From: Octopus vulgaris
Taxonomy: Eukaryota
Reading direction: 5' to 3'
Assembly (NCBI GenBank): GCA_951406725.2
Contig: OX597814.1
Span: 225,432,001-225,496,000, forward strand
Length of the DNA: 64,000 nt
The number at the start of each line of letters is the position of its first letter. Within the stretch, counting starts at the first letter, position 1. Below are positions 13,986 to 25,667 of this stretch, piece after piece. The notes below the pieces were generated by a model. It did not search any database, was not told where the DNA came from, and worked only from the letters and a program-made list of their open reading frames with translations. Position numbers and translations under genes: made by a program.

Positions 13986-15279
13986 CGAGGAGCGTTCAAT
14001 AAATAATGCCTCTGACCCACTTGCAGTTGTTTGATCTAGCTGAAATTTTGCATGTGCAACTATTTGTATCTCTATAGATTAAGTGGCAGATTACAGCTCT
14101 GAACTAATTGTGGTTTCCGATTTACAGGTGTTTGAACTGAGTCAAGTGTGAAATGGAGCATGTTGAGTGTCGAGCAGTGATCCGGTTTTTGTATTTGAAA
14201 GGACGCACACCACGGGAGACTTTTGATGAAATGAAAGTAACTTATGGTGAGGATGCCCCATCATATGACCTTGTAAAACGCTGGCATCGTGAATTAAAAC
14301 ATGGTCGGAACTCTGTGGAAACAGCTCCCAGATCTGGTCGCCCCCTTCTGCCATTGATGAGGCATCTGTCTGTCAAGTCGAGGCTGCCATTTGGGAAGAT
14401 CGACGCATAGCTATTCGCCAAATAGCCCATGAGGTCAAGATTAGTACCGGGTCTGTGGAAACCAATCATTCATGACCATTTGCATATGCAAAAGGTGTCT
14501 GGCAGATGGATTCCCAGGTTGCTCACACCTTTCCAGAAGCAAGAACGCGTCGATTGCTCGAGGATGAATTTGGAGATGTGCCAAGAAGATGAGTCAAAAT
14601 TTTTCAAAAGACTGATTGCATAGGATGAAACCTGGGTCCATCACTATGATCCAGAGACCAAAGCCCAGTCAATGCAGTGGAAGCACCGTGACTCACCACC
14701 TCCAAAGAAGGCAAGGGTGCAGCCTTCCGCTGGCAAGGTCATGCTTACAGTCTTCTGGGACCAGGACGGAGTAGTGATGACAGATTTCCTGGCAAAGGGG
14801 TACCACAATTACAGGAGCCTATTATGCTTCACTTTTGAGGAAATTAAGAGAAGCTATCAAAATCAAGAGGCGGGGCAAGATCAGCAAAGTCATCCTCCTC
14901 CTGCAGGACAACGCTCCGATCCACAACTCGCGTGTCGCCAGATCAGAAGCACAGGCGTGCGGCTATGAACTCATCCCCCATCCCCCCTACTCTCCTGACC
15001 TTGCACCCTCTGATTTTCACCTCTTCCCAGCCATGAAGTTGTTTTTGAAAGGAAAGCGTTTCCCAGATGATGCAGCCTTGATTTCTGAAGTAACGTCGTG
15101 GTTGGAGGACCAAGCTGGGGTCTTCTACAAAAACGGTCTTCAGAGCTGCATCAAACGATGGGAGAAATGCGTAACTCTGGGTGGTTCCTATGTAGAAAAA
15201 GACTAATAACTGTTCCAAGTTTCGTTGCTCTACTGCTATGGGAAGTAGGTCAGGGGCATTACTTATTGAACGCTCCTCG
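13986..15279 (+). mobile_element. Mariner (DD34D) transposon, full length, inactivated transposase
   Basis: TIRs cgaggagcgttcaataaataatgcc / ggcattacttattgaacgctcctcg; TA duplication at 13984-13985 and 15280-15281; motifs WIPRLL, DETW, LLQDNA, YSPDLAPSDFHLF; frameshifts and one stop. Confidence 0.96.
14153..15206 (+). pseudogene. Mariner transposase pseudogene
   Basis: ORF pieces 14153-14410, 14429-14623, 14672-14968 and 14835-15206 join into one transposase. Confidence 0.93.
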
Positions 15280-15281
15280 TA

Positions 15282-15850
15282 TTTCGTCTGCGTTACGTTC
15301 TGAGTTCTAATTCCGCTGAGGTCGACTTTACCTCTCATCCTTTCGGGGTCGATTAAATAAGTACCAGTTACGCACTGGGGTCGATATAATCGACCTAATC
15401 CGTTTGTCTGTCCTTGTTTGTCCTCTCTGTGTTTAGCCCCTTGTGGGTAGTAAAGAAATAGGTATTCCGTCTGCCGCTACGTTCTGTGTTCAAATTCCGC
15501 CGAGGTTGACTTTGCCTTTCATCCTTTCGGGGTCGATAAATTAAGTACCAGTTACGTACTGGTCTCGATATAATCGACTTAATCCCTTTGTCTGTCTTTG
15601 TTTGTCTCCTCTGTTTAGCCCCTTGTGGGCAATAAAGAAATAAGAATTGTTTGCATGCCGGGCAAAATGCTTAACGGTATTCCGTCTGTCTTCACATTCT
15701 GTATTCAAATTCTGTCGAGGCTGACTTTACATTTCATCTTTTCGAGGTCGATAAAATAAGTACCAGTTGAGTACTGAGGTTGATGCATTCGGTTTACCCC
15801 CCACACACACACACTCCTCGAACTTGCTGGCTTTGTGCCAAAATTTGAAA
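15282..15850 (+). mobile_element. SINE family B body split by the mariner, present as three tandem units
   Basis: Head at about 13935-13983 continues after the mariner; unit ttccgtctg...ttcatcctttcggggtcgat...gtaccagtt repeated at about 15282, 15463 and 15680. Confidence 0.8.
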
Positions 15851-16719
15851 TCAATATATTTCATCTACTTCTTATTAAATAAACTTATTTACACGAGCAT
15901 CTATAACACCTACATAAACAGTAGCATATTTTTTTCTACAGTGCTTAGCCACTCAAAAAGTTTTAAGGAAATTAGAATGTTGATTGCTTTATCAAGCACA
16001 TTAATGATCTAAGCGAAGTGTATTAGCTTTAACGAAGAATTGAAACTTTTTCACAGCTCTATCTTACAGGAAAATTATCTACAGCACTTACCTTTTTCAT
16101 ATTATATCAGAAATATTCTATTTCTGATAAATGAAGAGTCGATTTTCTTCATAAAATAACGATGTTTTTTATTTAGTTTCTTATTTTATTTTTTTTTTCA
16201 GAAAATATAGAACAAGAATTAAAAAAAGGTTAAAAGATCTGCAAAATTAATGGCTTTCCTTTGATTTGGTTTTCTATTTCTTTTTACTGGTTTTTGTTTG
16301 TTGGGGGGTTTTTTGTGAGTGTATGTTGGTTTTTATCCGTTTTCATTTTTTTCCCCTCATATCTGCCAAAAGTCGCTGAAATGTGAAGGAATCTTGTTGT
16401 AAAAGGTGGAGAAGAAAATAGTGCTGTACATATTTTAAAGGAAGATGTGGCAGATATAATCAAGAGTAACGGAAATAGGATGTTATTAAGAAGGAAAAGG
16501 AGGAAAAAGAGGAAAAGGAAATACAGGAGACGAAAACTTTAGAAAGTGTGGGGGTGGGGGTGAAGAGAACAGGGATGAGAAATTACACGAGGAAGATGTT
16601 CTAACATAGGGGAGTAAAAAGAGTAAAAATTGAATTGAATTGATTAGCTACAAGAAAGAAAGAGAAAATCTGCAAACATCTTCTCCATGAATTTGAATAT
16701 CTGATGCTGACGTATGCTT

Positions 16720-16733
16720 GTTGCTATGGCAAC
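16720..16733. promoter_or_regulatory. Candidate RFX X-box
   Basis: GTTGCTATGGCAAC, one mismatch from the palindromic X-box GTTGCCATGGCAAC, in unique sequence beside TGACGT. Confidence 0.35.
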
Positions 16734-18049
16734 AATTTTTTGCTGCAGCAGTGACGAAGGTGTCGATGGCAGTGTGGCAATCATTTATTCATTTATTTGT
16801 TTTCATTTTCTAGTCTTCTTTGTTTTGTTGCTGTTGTAATACCAGTGATGATATTTTTAGGACTCGATGACCATGAAATGATTCAGTAAAAATATAAAAA
16901 ATAAAACAGACACAAAAACAGAGAGAAAAACAAAACGATTCTCTCATAAAAGAATTCTATTGTTTTTATATCAAATTTTCTTTATTTGTATTCAAACGTT
17001 AGATTTGTTTCACTAAGTGTCTTTACAACAGAATTGTTTCTTGTATGCAAGTTGTCTGTTCACTCGCAGAGTATCATATTCTGTGACCACGGGTTCAAAT
17101 CCCAGTGAGACAGACTATAAAAGTGAGGCTTAATTCTATAACAACCGTATCAGCAACAGCAGTAGCATGGTTCTGACAACGATCCTACATTGGTGTAGTG
17201 CCAGACGGAAGGATAACACTTCTACTGTTAATACAGAAACACTCAAATATTGGAATTAAGTAGCTTAATTAGCTAACTTCCACCTGAAGCGTGAAAATAT
17301 TGATTTTCTTAATAAGACCACAAATTCGAAAAATGATGTATAGTTGATTGAATCAAAAATAGTACAGGTCATATACTTGGTTTATCGACCTCGGGAGATT
17401 AAAATCATCATGAAACAAGGCAGGACTTGAATAAACAATTAAAAAGACAAAATCAAATTACAGAAAAGCATCTAGTGGTAGTGCAACACGTGTTTACCAC
17501 TCCAAATATTACACTAGCTTGAATTCTATACTGCTCTTATAGATAAGTACCAAATACTCTACACTTTTACTCTACTAACTACAATTCGTTCCACGACATG
17601 GTGCAATGTTTCAAAGATATCAGACACCAAAATTCCATCTACGTATGTGCATAAAGCTATATATAACAAACTAAAATTTAGGTAGGCGTAATAACAACGA
17701 CATTGGTAGCAGTGACAACAATAAAAACAACGATAGCAGCAAGCACCAACATGAGTCAACAGTACATTAACTGGTTTCAGTCATTGGATTGTGACCGTGC
17801 TGGAGTACCACCGTCTCAGGTTTTAGTCGTCCATATGCACCCCCCCCCAATGAACTCTGTAGACCTGTTGAGTTACAGAGACGTAGGGACTCAGTATAAC
17901 AAGAAAATAGTTTTAGAACCTCTACACATAAACACAGACGCATGTGCACACACACACATGCACTCACACATCCACATACACTCACACATCCACATACACT
18001 CACAGTTTCCATCTGCCAAATTTCATTGGTTTACTTTTCACTTACCTCT

Positions 18050-18372
18050 TCCCAGACCATATCCCGACTTTGTTTTCGGTAGTATTTCACTCAAGGGGAT
18101 CATTCCCAGCACGAATGTCAGTGGGGGGGGACACTGTCCCCCTGGAAGATTCTTCTCTTAATTTTCACCTTTCCTAGTACTTACTTCCCTGTTGTCCATT
18201 TCGTTGTCCAGTATTTTATGCTATTCCATATAAGGCGTGTCCTATTCTCTGCTACTCCGTACATTTCCATTGTCCTTATTATCAAGAAGTGTGGTATCAT
18301 ATCGTATGCTTTGCGACAGTCAGCCCATGCCATGCTCAGATTTGTATGTCTTCTCTTGCAGTTCCTGTGCGA
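18050..18372 (-). mobile_element. R4/Dong-clade non-LTR RT fragment (inverted)
   Basis: RRHTNLSMAWADCRKAYDMIPH...KIKRRIFQGDS on the minus strand. Confidence 0.8.
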
Positions 18373-18394
18373 AAAGTGAAGGCTAGAGAGAGGC

Positions 18395-19000
18395 AAGACG
18401 TGGTATGAGCACAAGCCGCAGAGAGTAGTAGAGTCGGAGACTAGAAAAATCCTCTGGGATTTCCCAATCCAAACAGATCAGTTGATAGAGCATAGAAGAC
18501 CGGACCTAGTGGTGATAGACAAGGTGCACCACATATGACATATAGTTGACGTTGCATGCCACTTTGACTCACGAATAGTCAAGAAGGAAGGTGAAAAGCT
18601 AAATAGATACAACCCCCTTAAGTACGAAATAGCCCGGCTATGGAAAATGAAGAAGGTGAAGAGAGTGCCAATTATTGTTGGGTCCTTGGGAGCAGTTTCA
18701 GAAGACATCAAGAGGAATATAAAGGGAATTGGGATAGAGTGCCCAGTAGAACTATTACAAAAAGTTTGCCTCTTTGGCACGGCCAGAATAATCAGGAAAG
18801 TATTAGCTGAAAAGAACGAATAGCATGGTGTTGTAGGCTGCAGGTAGTTATCCCGTTACGTATGCAAAACTCCAGGAGCACCAACAAAAGCTGTGATAAA
18901 AAGAGAAAGAAGAAGAAGAAGAAGAAGAAGAAGAAGAAGGAGGAGGAGGAGGAGGAGGAGGAGGAGAAGAAGAAGGAGAAGAAGAAGAAGAAGAAGAAGA
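18395..19000 (+). mobile_element. R4/Dong-clade non-LTR 3' end with restriction-like endonuclease domain and (AAG/AGG)n tail
   Basis: WYEHKP...KILWDFPIQTD...RRPDLVVIDK...IVDVA...EKLNRY...LQKVCLFGTARIIRKVL, stop at 18820-18822, short UTR, then trinucleotide tract. Confidence 0.88.
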
Positions 19001-19042
19001 ATTTTTAAGGTTATATATCATGGAATTCCGCCGTCTTATTTT

Positions 19043-19091
<49 letters not shown>

Positions 19092-19131
19092 GAAAGAATG
19101 TAGTTGAACGACGAATTAACAAAATTCCTTT

Positions 19132-19216
19132 ATTTTCGACATATGTTTCGAAGGCTGCATATTCCTAACTTCGAAGGAATAAGGGATGCATCATGCCGCC
19201 TTCTCATCAGGAAAAA
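19132..19216 (-). ncRNA. Type I hammerhead ribozyme, canonical core
   Basis: Reverse complement: ttttc CTGATGA gaaggc...gccttc GAAA catatg TC gaaaa; GUC triplet and all three stems pair. Confidence 0.85.
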
Positions 19217-19605
19217 CAAGGAACTTATGTCAGCATCAAGATGCACAAAATCTTTTAGATGACTGCCCACACGGAGCCCATAGCGATAATGAGTGTTTCT
19301 TTAAAATATTCCGTTATAAGCAGTGACGTCAAAAATGGTTGAATGTAGAAGATTCTAGAAGGTTCAAGGGTTCAAACAAGGTTGGAGGAGGGAGGCCTAA
19401 GAATAGGAAGGTGATAGGGTGCAGGTCATATGAATGGTGATTTTGTTGTTTTCTTTTGTGAATGAGTACCTATGTGTGTGTATGTATATAACTGCATTAA
19501 TTCATTCAACTACTCAAATACTTATATATATATATATATATATAGTTCCTGGATTTTCCTGAAGAGAAGGCTGCAAATACTTATATATATATATATAGTT
19601 CCTGG

Positions 19606-19691
19606 ATTTTCCTGAAGAGAAGGCTGCAAAATGGTCTCCTTATTCAATCCGAATTAGGGACTTTGCAGCCTTTGAAACATATGTAGAAAAT
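19606..19691 (+). ncRNA. Type I hammerhead ribozyme
   Basis: ttttc CTGAAGA gaaggctgcaaa...tttgcagccttt GAAA catatg TA gaaaa; GUA triplet; preceded by a tandem partial duplicate at about 19516-19578. Confidence 0.82.
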
Positions 19692-19742
19692 AATAAAAAG
19701 GAATTTTGTTAAATCTTCGTTCAGCTCCATTTCTTCCTACAC

Positions 19743-19781
<39 letters not shown>

Positions 19782-19786
<5 letters not shown>

Positions 19787-19918
19787 TAATTAAGGGTAGA
19801 AATTGATATTTATCAATTAAGACCAGTGGTCTAGCATATTAAAAAAGAATCCGAAGATTAAAATATACGACCACTGGTCTTAATTGATAAATATCAATTT
19901 CTACCCTTAATTAATTTT
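19782..19918. repeat. Inverted repeat with about 50-bp arms and 37-nt spacer (PLE terminal sequence)
   Basis: aaaattaattaagggtag...gaccagtggtc / gaccactggtc...ctacccttaattaatttt. Confidence 0.9.
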
Positions 19919-20111
19919 ATATAAATAAATGTTCTCTAACCGATAAATTAACTGCTGCTAATTATTAGCTGCAGGCTGGTTTTCTCGGGTCTCAACGCGC
20001 CAAAGTAATGGCATTTGAATGATATATTCAAATGTAATAGGCTGAACTCCATGCACGCGATATTTCGGTATCGTGTTTGCATTTAGTCCAGCAAATTACA
20101 TTTATAACGGA

Positions 20112-20176
20112 CCATGCTGATGATGGCTGCAGTTTTCCTTGCGGAAAATAACAGCTGAAACTAAGTTAGTACATGG
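20112..20176 (+). ncRNA. Type I hammerhead ribozyme
   Basis: ccatg CTGATGA t-ggctg...cagct GAAA ctaagttag TA catgg; stem I ccatg/catgg; GUA triplet. Confidence 0.75.
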
Positions 20177-20327
20177 GTAATTATTTTATTTCGTATATTT
20201 TTCACTTGTTTATTGCTATGGTTTTGTGTTGAGTTTGATCTGAGAACATAATCTTTTGTGGAGAATGACGATTTGACGTCTATATCTAGCATGTTGACTG
20301 TCCACTTTTCGTGTTCAGTCCTTAATT

Positions 20328-20378
<51 letters not shown>

Positions 20379-21208
20379 GCCGGTGAGTGGCTGCGTCTGC
20401 GCAGTAGATTTTGAAAAAATTAGGATGTATAAACAAGAGGCACATAGTTGATCGCCTCGTGTTTTATATATTTAATCTAAAGTGTACCTGTTGAAGAAGA
20501 TTTCACCTAGCGAATATTATTTATTTGCTAAACTAAACTCAGATACCAATTGGTTCAGGAAAGTAGATGGTAAAATGTTTTTATGTTTTCATTTCGTTCC
20601 TGTCGGATTTTATCCCTAATTTTGTGTTATAGAAGCTAGCTGTTCTTTCTAGCGTGTTGAATCCCACGTGTGGATTCCTTATGTGTTTAAATGTACACTG
20701 TATTTTATATATATATAAATATACATATACGTTTTGTTAATTTAACACTCAGAGATGCTACCAGCCTCTATGATATTGTTTACGATTTCTGATAGACAAG
20801 GATGTCGAGTTACAGAAAGTACAAAGGGAAGAAAGGAAAATCTTATTTTCTCTACTTATCTTAAATATATTTTTCTCTGATCTGTAATGCAAGGCCGTTA
20901 GAGAATACTTTGGAGATAACTCAATTTGGCGTTTCATTTTGTATTTTTACTTTTTATATATTTTTGTCTATTGTTTTATTTTATTATGTATTTATGTGCA
21001 ATTATATAGAGTGTTTAGTCCCATAACATATTAAGTTGCTGGATAACCACTGAAAATCTACGTGCATAGTGATATTTGACAGCAATATAAGCTAAAGTGG
21101 TTTCGTGTTGTTTTAACGAAATGATTCGAAGGTTATAAATTAAGTTTTATATCATTGAAATCGTTGTAGACAACGCTAGGTTGTATCTCAAATATAATGC
21201 ATGCATAT

Positions 21209-21626
21209 ACTCTTTTACTCTTTTACTTGTTTCAGTCATTTGACTGCGGCCATGCTGGAGCACCGCCTTTAGTCGAGCAAATCGACCCCGGGACTTATTC
21301 TTTGTAAGCCCAGTACTTATTCTATCGGTCACTTTTGCCGAACCGCTAGGTGACGGGGACGTAAACACACCAGCATCAGTTGTCAAGCAATGCTAAGGGG
21401 ACAAACACAGACACACAAACACACACACACATACATACATATATATATATATATACATATATACGGCAGGCTTCTTTCAGTTTCCGTCTACCAAATCCAC
21501 TCACAAGGCATTGGTCGGCCCGGGGCTATAGCAGAAGACACTTGCCCAAGATGCCACGCAGTGGGACTGAACCCGGAACCATGTGGTTAGTTAGCAAGCT
21601 ACTTACCACACAGCCACTCCTGCGCC
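21209..21626 (-). mobile_element. Full-length SINE family A
   Basis: Near-identical to 10452-10850. Confidence 0.92.
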
Positions 21627-22184
21627 TATATACTTACATATATATATTATTAATAACGCCTAGAAAAATGTGCCTCTTTTCCACCTATCAAAGTGTACTG
21701 AGCTTGGTCAGGAGGACAAAATGTTATCAAACGAAATCCAACGGTAATTGGGTGTTTCGACCTTGAACCGTATCACCATCCCGTTGGTTGGTCAGCAGAG
21801 GTGGTCAAATCACTGGTCGGTTAAACCCCATAGATCCAGTGCAACATTAAACATAAAGGGATATATGGCATAAAATTTATAAAAGTTAATAACCTGTGAA
21901 GGACATGGTGATCACATGATCTCTGTCTTCAGCGGACAAACACTTATAAATCTGGTCACTGACCAGACCAGGGAATCAATAACTTCTGACATCGAAATAT
22001 TTCTGTATAGCGGGGTTCAGCAGTAGTTCAACAGTGGTCCAACAGAGGTCCAACAAGGGCTCAAAAAAAAAAACTCACATTGACGACGATTCCAAAAAGA
22101 ATCGAAACGTACATACAACTGTTCTGTCTTTCCAATCAATGAACATAATGTATAGATGTATTGTTTACAATCGTCAAAACACAC

Positions 22185-22236
22185 TGTGTTGGTTAACCAC
22201 ATGGTTCCCGGTTCAGTCCCGCTGAAAGAAGACCGC

Positions 22237-22310
<74 letters not shown>

Positions 22311-22490
22311 CACCACTTTACAATAAGCGTTGATGTGTTTAAATTCCCGTAACTAAGCGGTTCGACATAAGACTCCGATAGAATGAATACCAGGCTCTAA
22401 AAAGTAAGTACTGGGGTCGATTCATTCGACTAAAATTTCTTTAAGGCGGAGCCCCAGCGTCGTCGCAGTCTAAGGGCTAAAGCAATTTAA
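22185..22490 (+). mobile_element. Decayed SINE family A, followed by a (CATA)n array at 22492-22648
   Basis: accacatggttcccggttcagtccc...cgtaactaagcggttcg...aaggcggagccccagc. Confidence 0.7.
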
Positions 22491-23439
22491 AATACATACA
22501 TACATACATACACACACATACATACATACATACATACATACATACATACACACACACATACATACATAATACATACATACATACATACATACATACATAC
22601 ATACATACATACATACATACATACATACATACATACATACATACATACGTATAAAATTACATCTTCCAAACAATGAAATACAAACGTAATTTCAGCCTAA
22701 TTTGAATTCATATTGGTCTCCATTTTGGGCAAAGCGCGGAGGCTTATTGACAAGAAGAAAATGAAGCGAGTTTATTCATGTCTTTTCCAGTGGCTTTAGC
22801 AGCTTAATTGAAGAGAAGCAATCTCTAGCTTGTACGAGTTTCAGCTTATTACATAGTCTTACCAAATGCACTATAGCGCCTCCTGGTGCTGTTATAATAA
22901 TGATTCACAAAATGGATGCAGATTCACACATTTTGAGGGTAGGGTATAAGAAATTGGATCAATTTCGGTTTTGATTGGTACTTATTCTATCGATCCCCAA
23001 TGGGAAAATGGTAGAGTATATTATGGTGGAATTCGCCTTCAATAATAATTGTTGTTGTTCTTGTTATGGTTATTTTAATTTATCTTGCCAAAATTGACAA
23101 CGAAATAATGTAATTTTACAGAAAACAAAATAGTAATAAATATATGAATAGATAATAACGTTAAATTAGTCGACAAAACCTTCAACAAACTAGGTCATCT
23201 TATGATTAGGAAAACATGTAGTATTAAAATGAATTAACACTGTCTGAAAGTCAAATAACAATTATATAAATAAACCACTAAACAGAGTAATTGAAATTAT
23301 AAGTATAGGTGCAATCTACAGACTCGAGTAAACCAATCAACTAGTAAAATGAAAGAATCGTTGAGAAGAGTAGAAGCATACAACCATTAACAATAACAAG
23401 ACATGCTCACATTGAATGTGTGTATGCTCGGCTCTCTCT

Positions 23440-23745
23440 CGCCCTTTCCAAGCCTAGCCAGGCTCATGGGTCCGGTTTCCGGGTTTCTGTGACGTAAGTG
23501 TTGCTCCCAGCTGGACGGGACGCCAGTCCATCGCAGCGTTACTCAAGAAACAGAAAGAGAGAGTGAAAGAAAGTTGTGGCGAAAGAGTACAACAGGGGTC
23601 GCCACCCCCACCCGCTGCCGGAGCCTCGTGGAGCTTTTAGGTGTTTTCGTTCAATAAACACACACAACGCCCGGTCTGGGAATCGAAACCGCAATCCTCC
23701 GACCGTGAGTCCGCTGCCTTAACCACTGGGCCATTGCGCCTCCAC
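23440..23745 (-). mobile_element. tRNA-derived SINE family C (Deu/Nin-like central domain)
   Basis: Head gtggaggcgcaatggcccagtggttaagg...ggtttcgattccc (A and B boxes); body ctggacgggacgccagtccatcgcag. Confidence 0.78.
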
Positions 23746-24277
23746 GTATTCTCGGCTAGCAAACAGAAAACTGTTTATACAGGCTGACTTAAAATAATCT
23801 GTAGATAACATATTCTAAAAAATATTCTTGTATTTAAAGTATGAATATATACGAATGTTAAAATCCTTTCTTAACCCTGAATTTAGGGTGGTGGATCGGT
23901 AGAGTCGTTAGAGAATTCAAGAAAGTGCCTACTGGTATTTCTTCTGGCTCCTTATGTTCTTGCTTTTAATTCCACCGAGGCCAAATTAGCGCTTCATCTC
24001 TACGGGACTGATGAAATAAAGTACCAGTCAAACACTGGGGTCAATGTAATCTGCTACGCATTTCTCATCAAAACTGCTGGCCTTGTGTCATTATTAGAAA
24101 TAGATTGCCCTCAACTGGGAAATTTTCTTTTTACGACATTATTTGCTACCTGTGTGAAGAATTTTATCCATGGAACATTCTCGCAAATGGATTAGGAATA
24201 GCCAGCCAGGTCATAAGACCCGACGCCCTTTGATTTAGTTTTCTTGTGGATTATACAGAAATCAGTACCTATATATA

Positions 24278-24640
24278 TGCGCAGGATGGCCGTGTGTAAG
24301 AAGTTTGTTTCCCACCCACACGGTTCCAAGTTCAGTTCCACTGCGTGCTGCCTTCGGTAGCAACCTTCCGTTTACTGGTTTGGGCCGCCCAAAGCCAAAT
24401 AAGAGAATTTGGTAAGCAAAGACTGAAATCAACCCAGGGGGACGTAAACAAACCAACACCATGGTGTTGGTTCGTTTATGTCCCCGTGAGTTAGAGCTTC
24501 AGCAAAGGAGACAGGTAGAACAAGTACCAGGCTTTAACAATAAGTACTGGGGTCGATTCGTTCGACTAAAACCTTTCAATAAATGAACTCCAGCACGGCC
24601 GGTGTCCAATGACTGAAACATGTAAAAGATAGAAGATAAA
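24278..24640 (+). mobile_element. Diverged SINE family A
   Basis: gcgcaggatggccgtgtgtaagaagtttg...tgactgaaacatgtaaaaga. Confidence 0.75.
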
Positions 24641-24796
24641 ATGCATCGAAGCAACCCTATCCGCTTGCAATACCAGTACAGTGACTTTTAGGAAGGTTCA
24701 TAATTCATACTCTAAGAAGACAAACGTTTAGAAGTCAAACTTTGCAAACTTGAGCTACTGTTGTAAATACGACCGTTTAAATAATCTTTTCTACTC

Positions 24797-24985
24797 TAGG
24801 CACAAGGCCCGAAATCTTGGGGGAAGGGCCAGTCGAGTAGATCGACCCCAGTGCACAATTGGTACTTAATTTATTGACCCCCGAAAGAATGAAAGGCAAA
24901 GTCGACCTCGGCGGAATTTGAACTCAGAACGTAAAAACAAGTAATACCGTCCGACGTGCTAACATTTCTGCCAGCTCTCCGCCTT
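24797..24985 (-). mobile_element. SINE family B
   Basis: ggcacaaggcc...gaaaggcaaagtcgacctcggcggaatttgaactcagaacg. Confidence 0.82.
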
Positions 24986-25105
24986 CGACCATTTAAATAA
25001 TGAATACAATTTATATTATGACAACATTCTATAAACAAACTTTGGAAGCATCGTATGTGTTTGGTAATTTACAGGCAAGAAAGCAAATTTCCACCATCGC
25101 AGCAT

Positions 25106-25245
25106 AGCTCTGAGAACAGCAGAAAGATTGGATATTTACACTTTAAAGACGGAAGAAAGTTGCCAGCGGGTGGCTACGGGCCTGCTGGCAGCTTTTCTCC
25201 GTCATTTAAGGGTAAATACCCAATCCTTCTGCTGTTTTGACAGCT
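25106..25245 (+). other. Long imperfect hairpin, 140 nt (candidate structured RNA or MITE relic)
   Basis: About 65-nt arms pair end to end with six G-U pairs, three A-C mismatches and small bulges. Confidence 0.8.
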
Positions 25246-25296
25246 TTACTGCATTCAAAATTTACTTACTTGTCTGTAAATTAATATATAATATAA

Positions 25297-25635
25297 CTAG
25301 AAGACGAACCCAGCCTTCCTCGGAATCAAAATAGTTTATTATTGTTTTACTTGTTTCGGTATTATAACCCGGTTTCATTCGGGTCTACGCGGGCCACATT
25401 TTAAAAGAAGAAGAATGTTGCTCTGGAGGCCACGCGTTTCAAATGAGCAAATTCAAAATTGCTATGCAAACTCGCCAGCACTTTTAACACAGGTGTGAAA
25501 ATTTTCAGCTCAATCCGATAACATATGCACACATTATATATATATATACATACGCATTAAATATATATGCACATATATACGCATTATATACATACACACA
25601 TATATATACGCATTATGTAACATATGTATACACAT

Positions 25636-25667
<32 letters not shown>

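Noticed and set aside
15282-15850. CRISPR-like or regularly spaced repeat array
   Set aside because: The units are tandem SINE bodies without unique spacers, in a eukaryotic context with no cas genes
18893-19093. Poly-Arg ORF
   Set aside because: Translation of the (AAG/AGG)n tail of the R4/Dong fragment
23665-23745. tRNA gene
   Set aside because: A and B boxes are present but run into a SINE body; these are SINE heads, not tRNA genes
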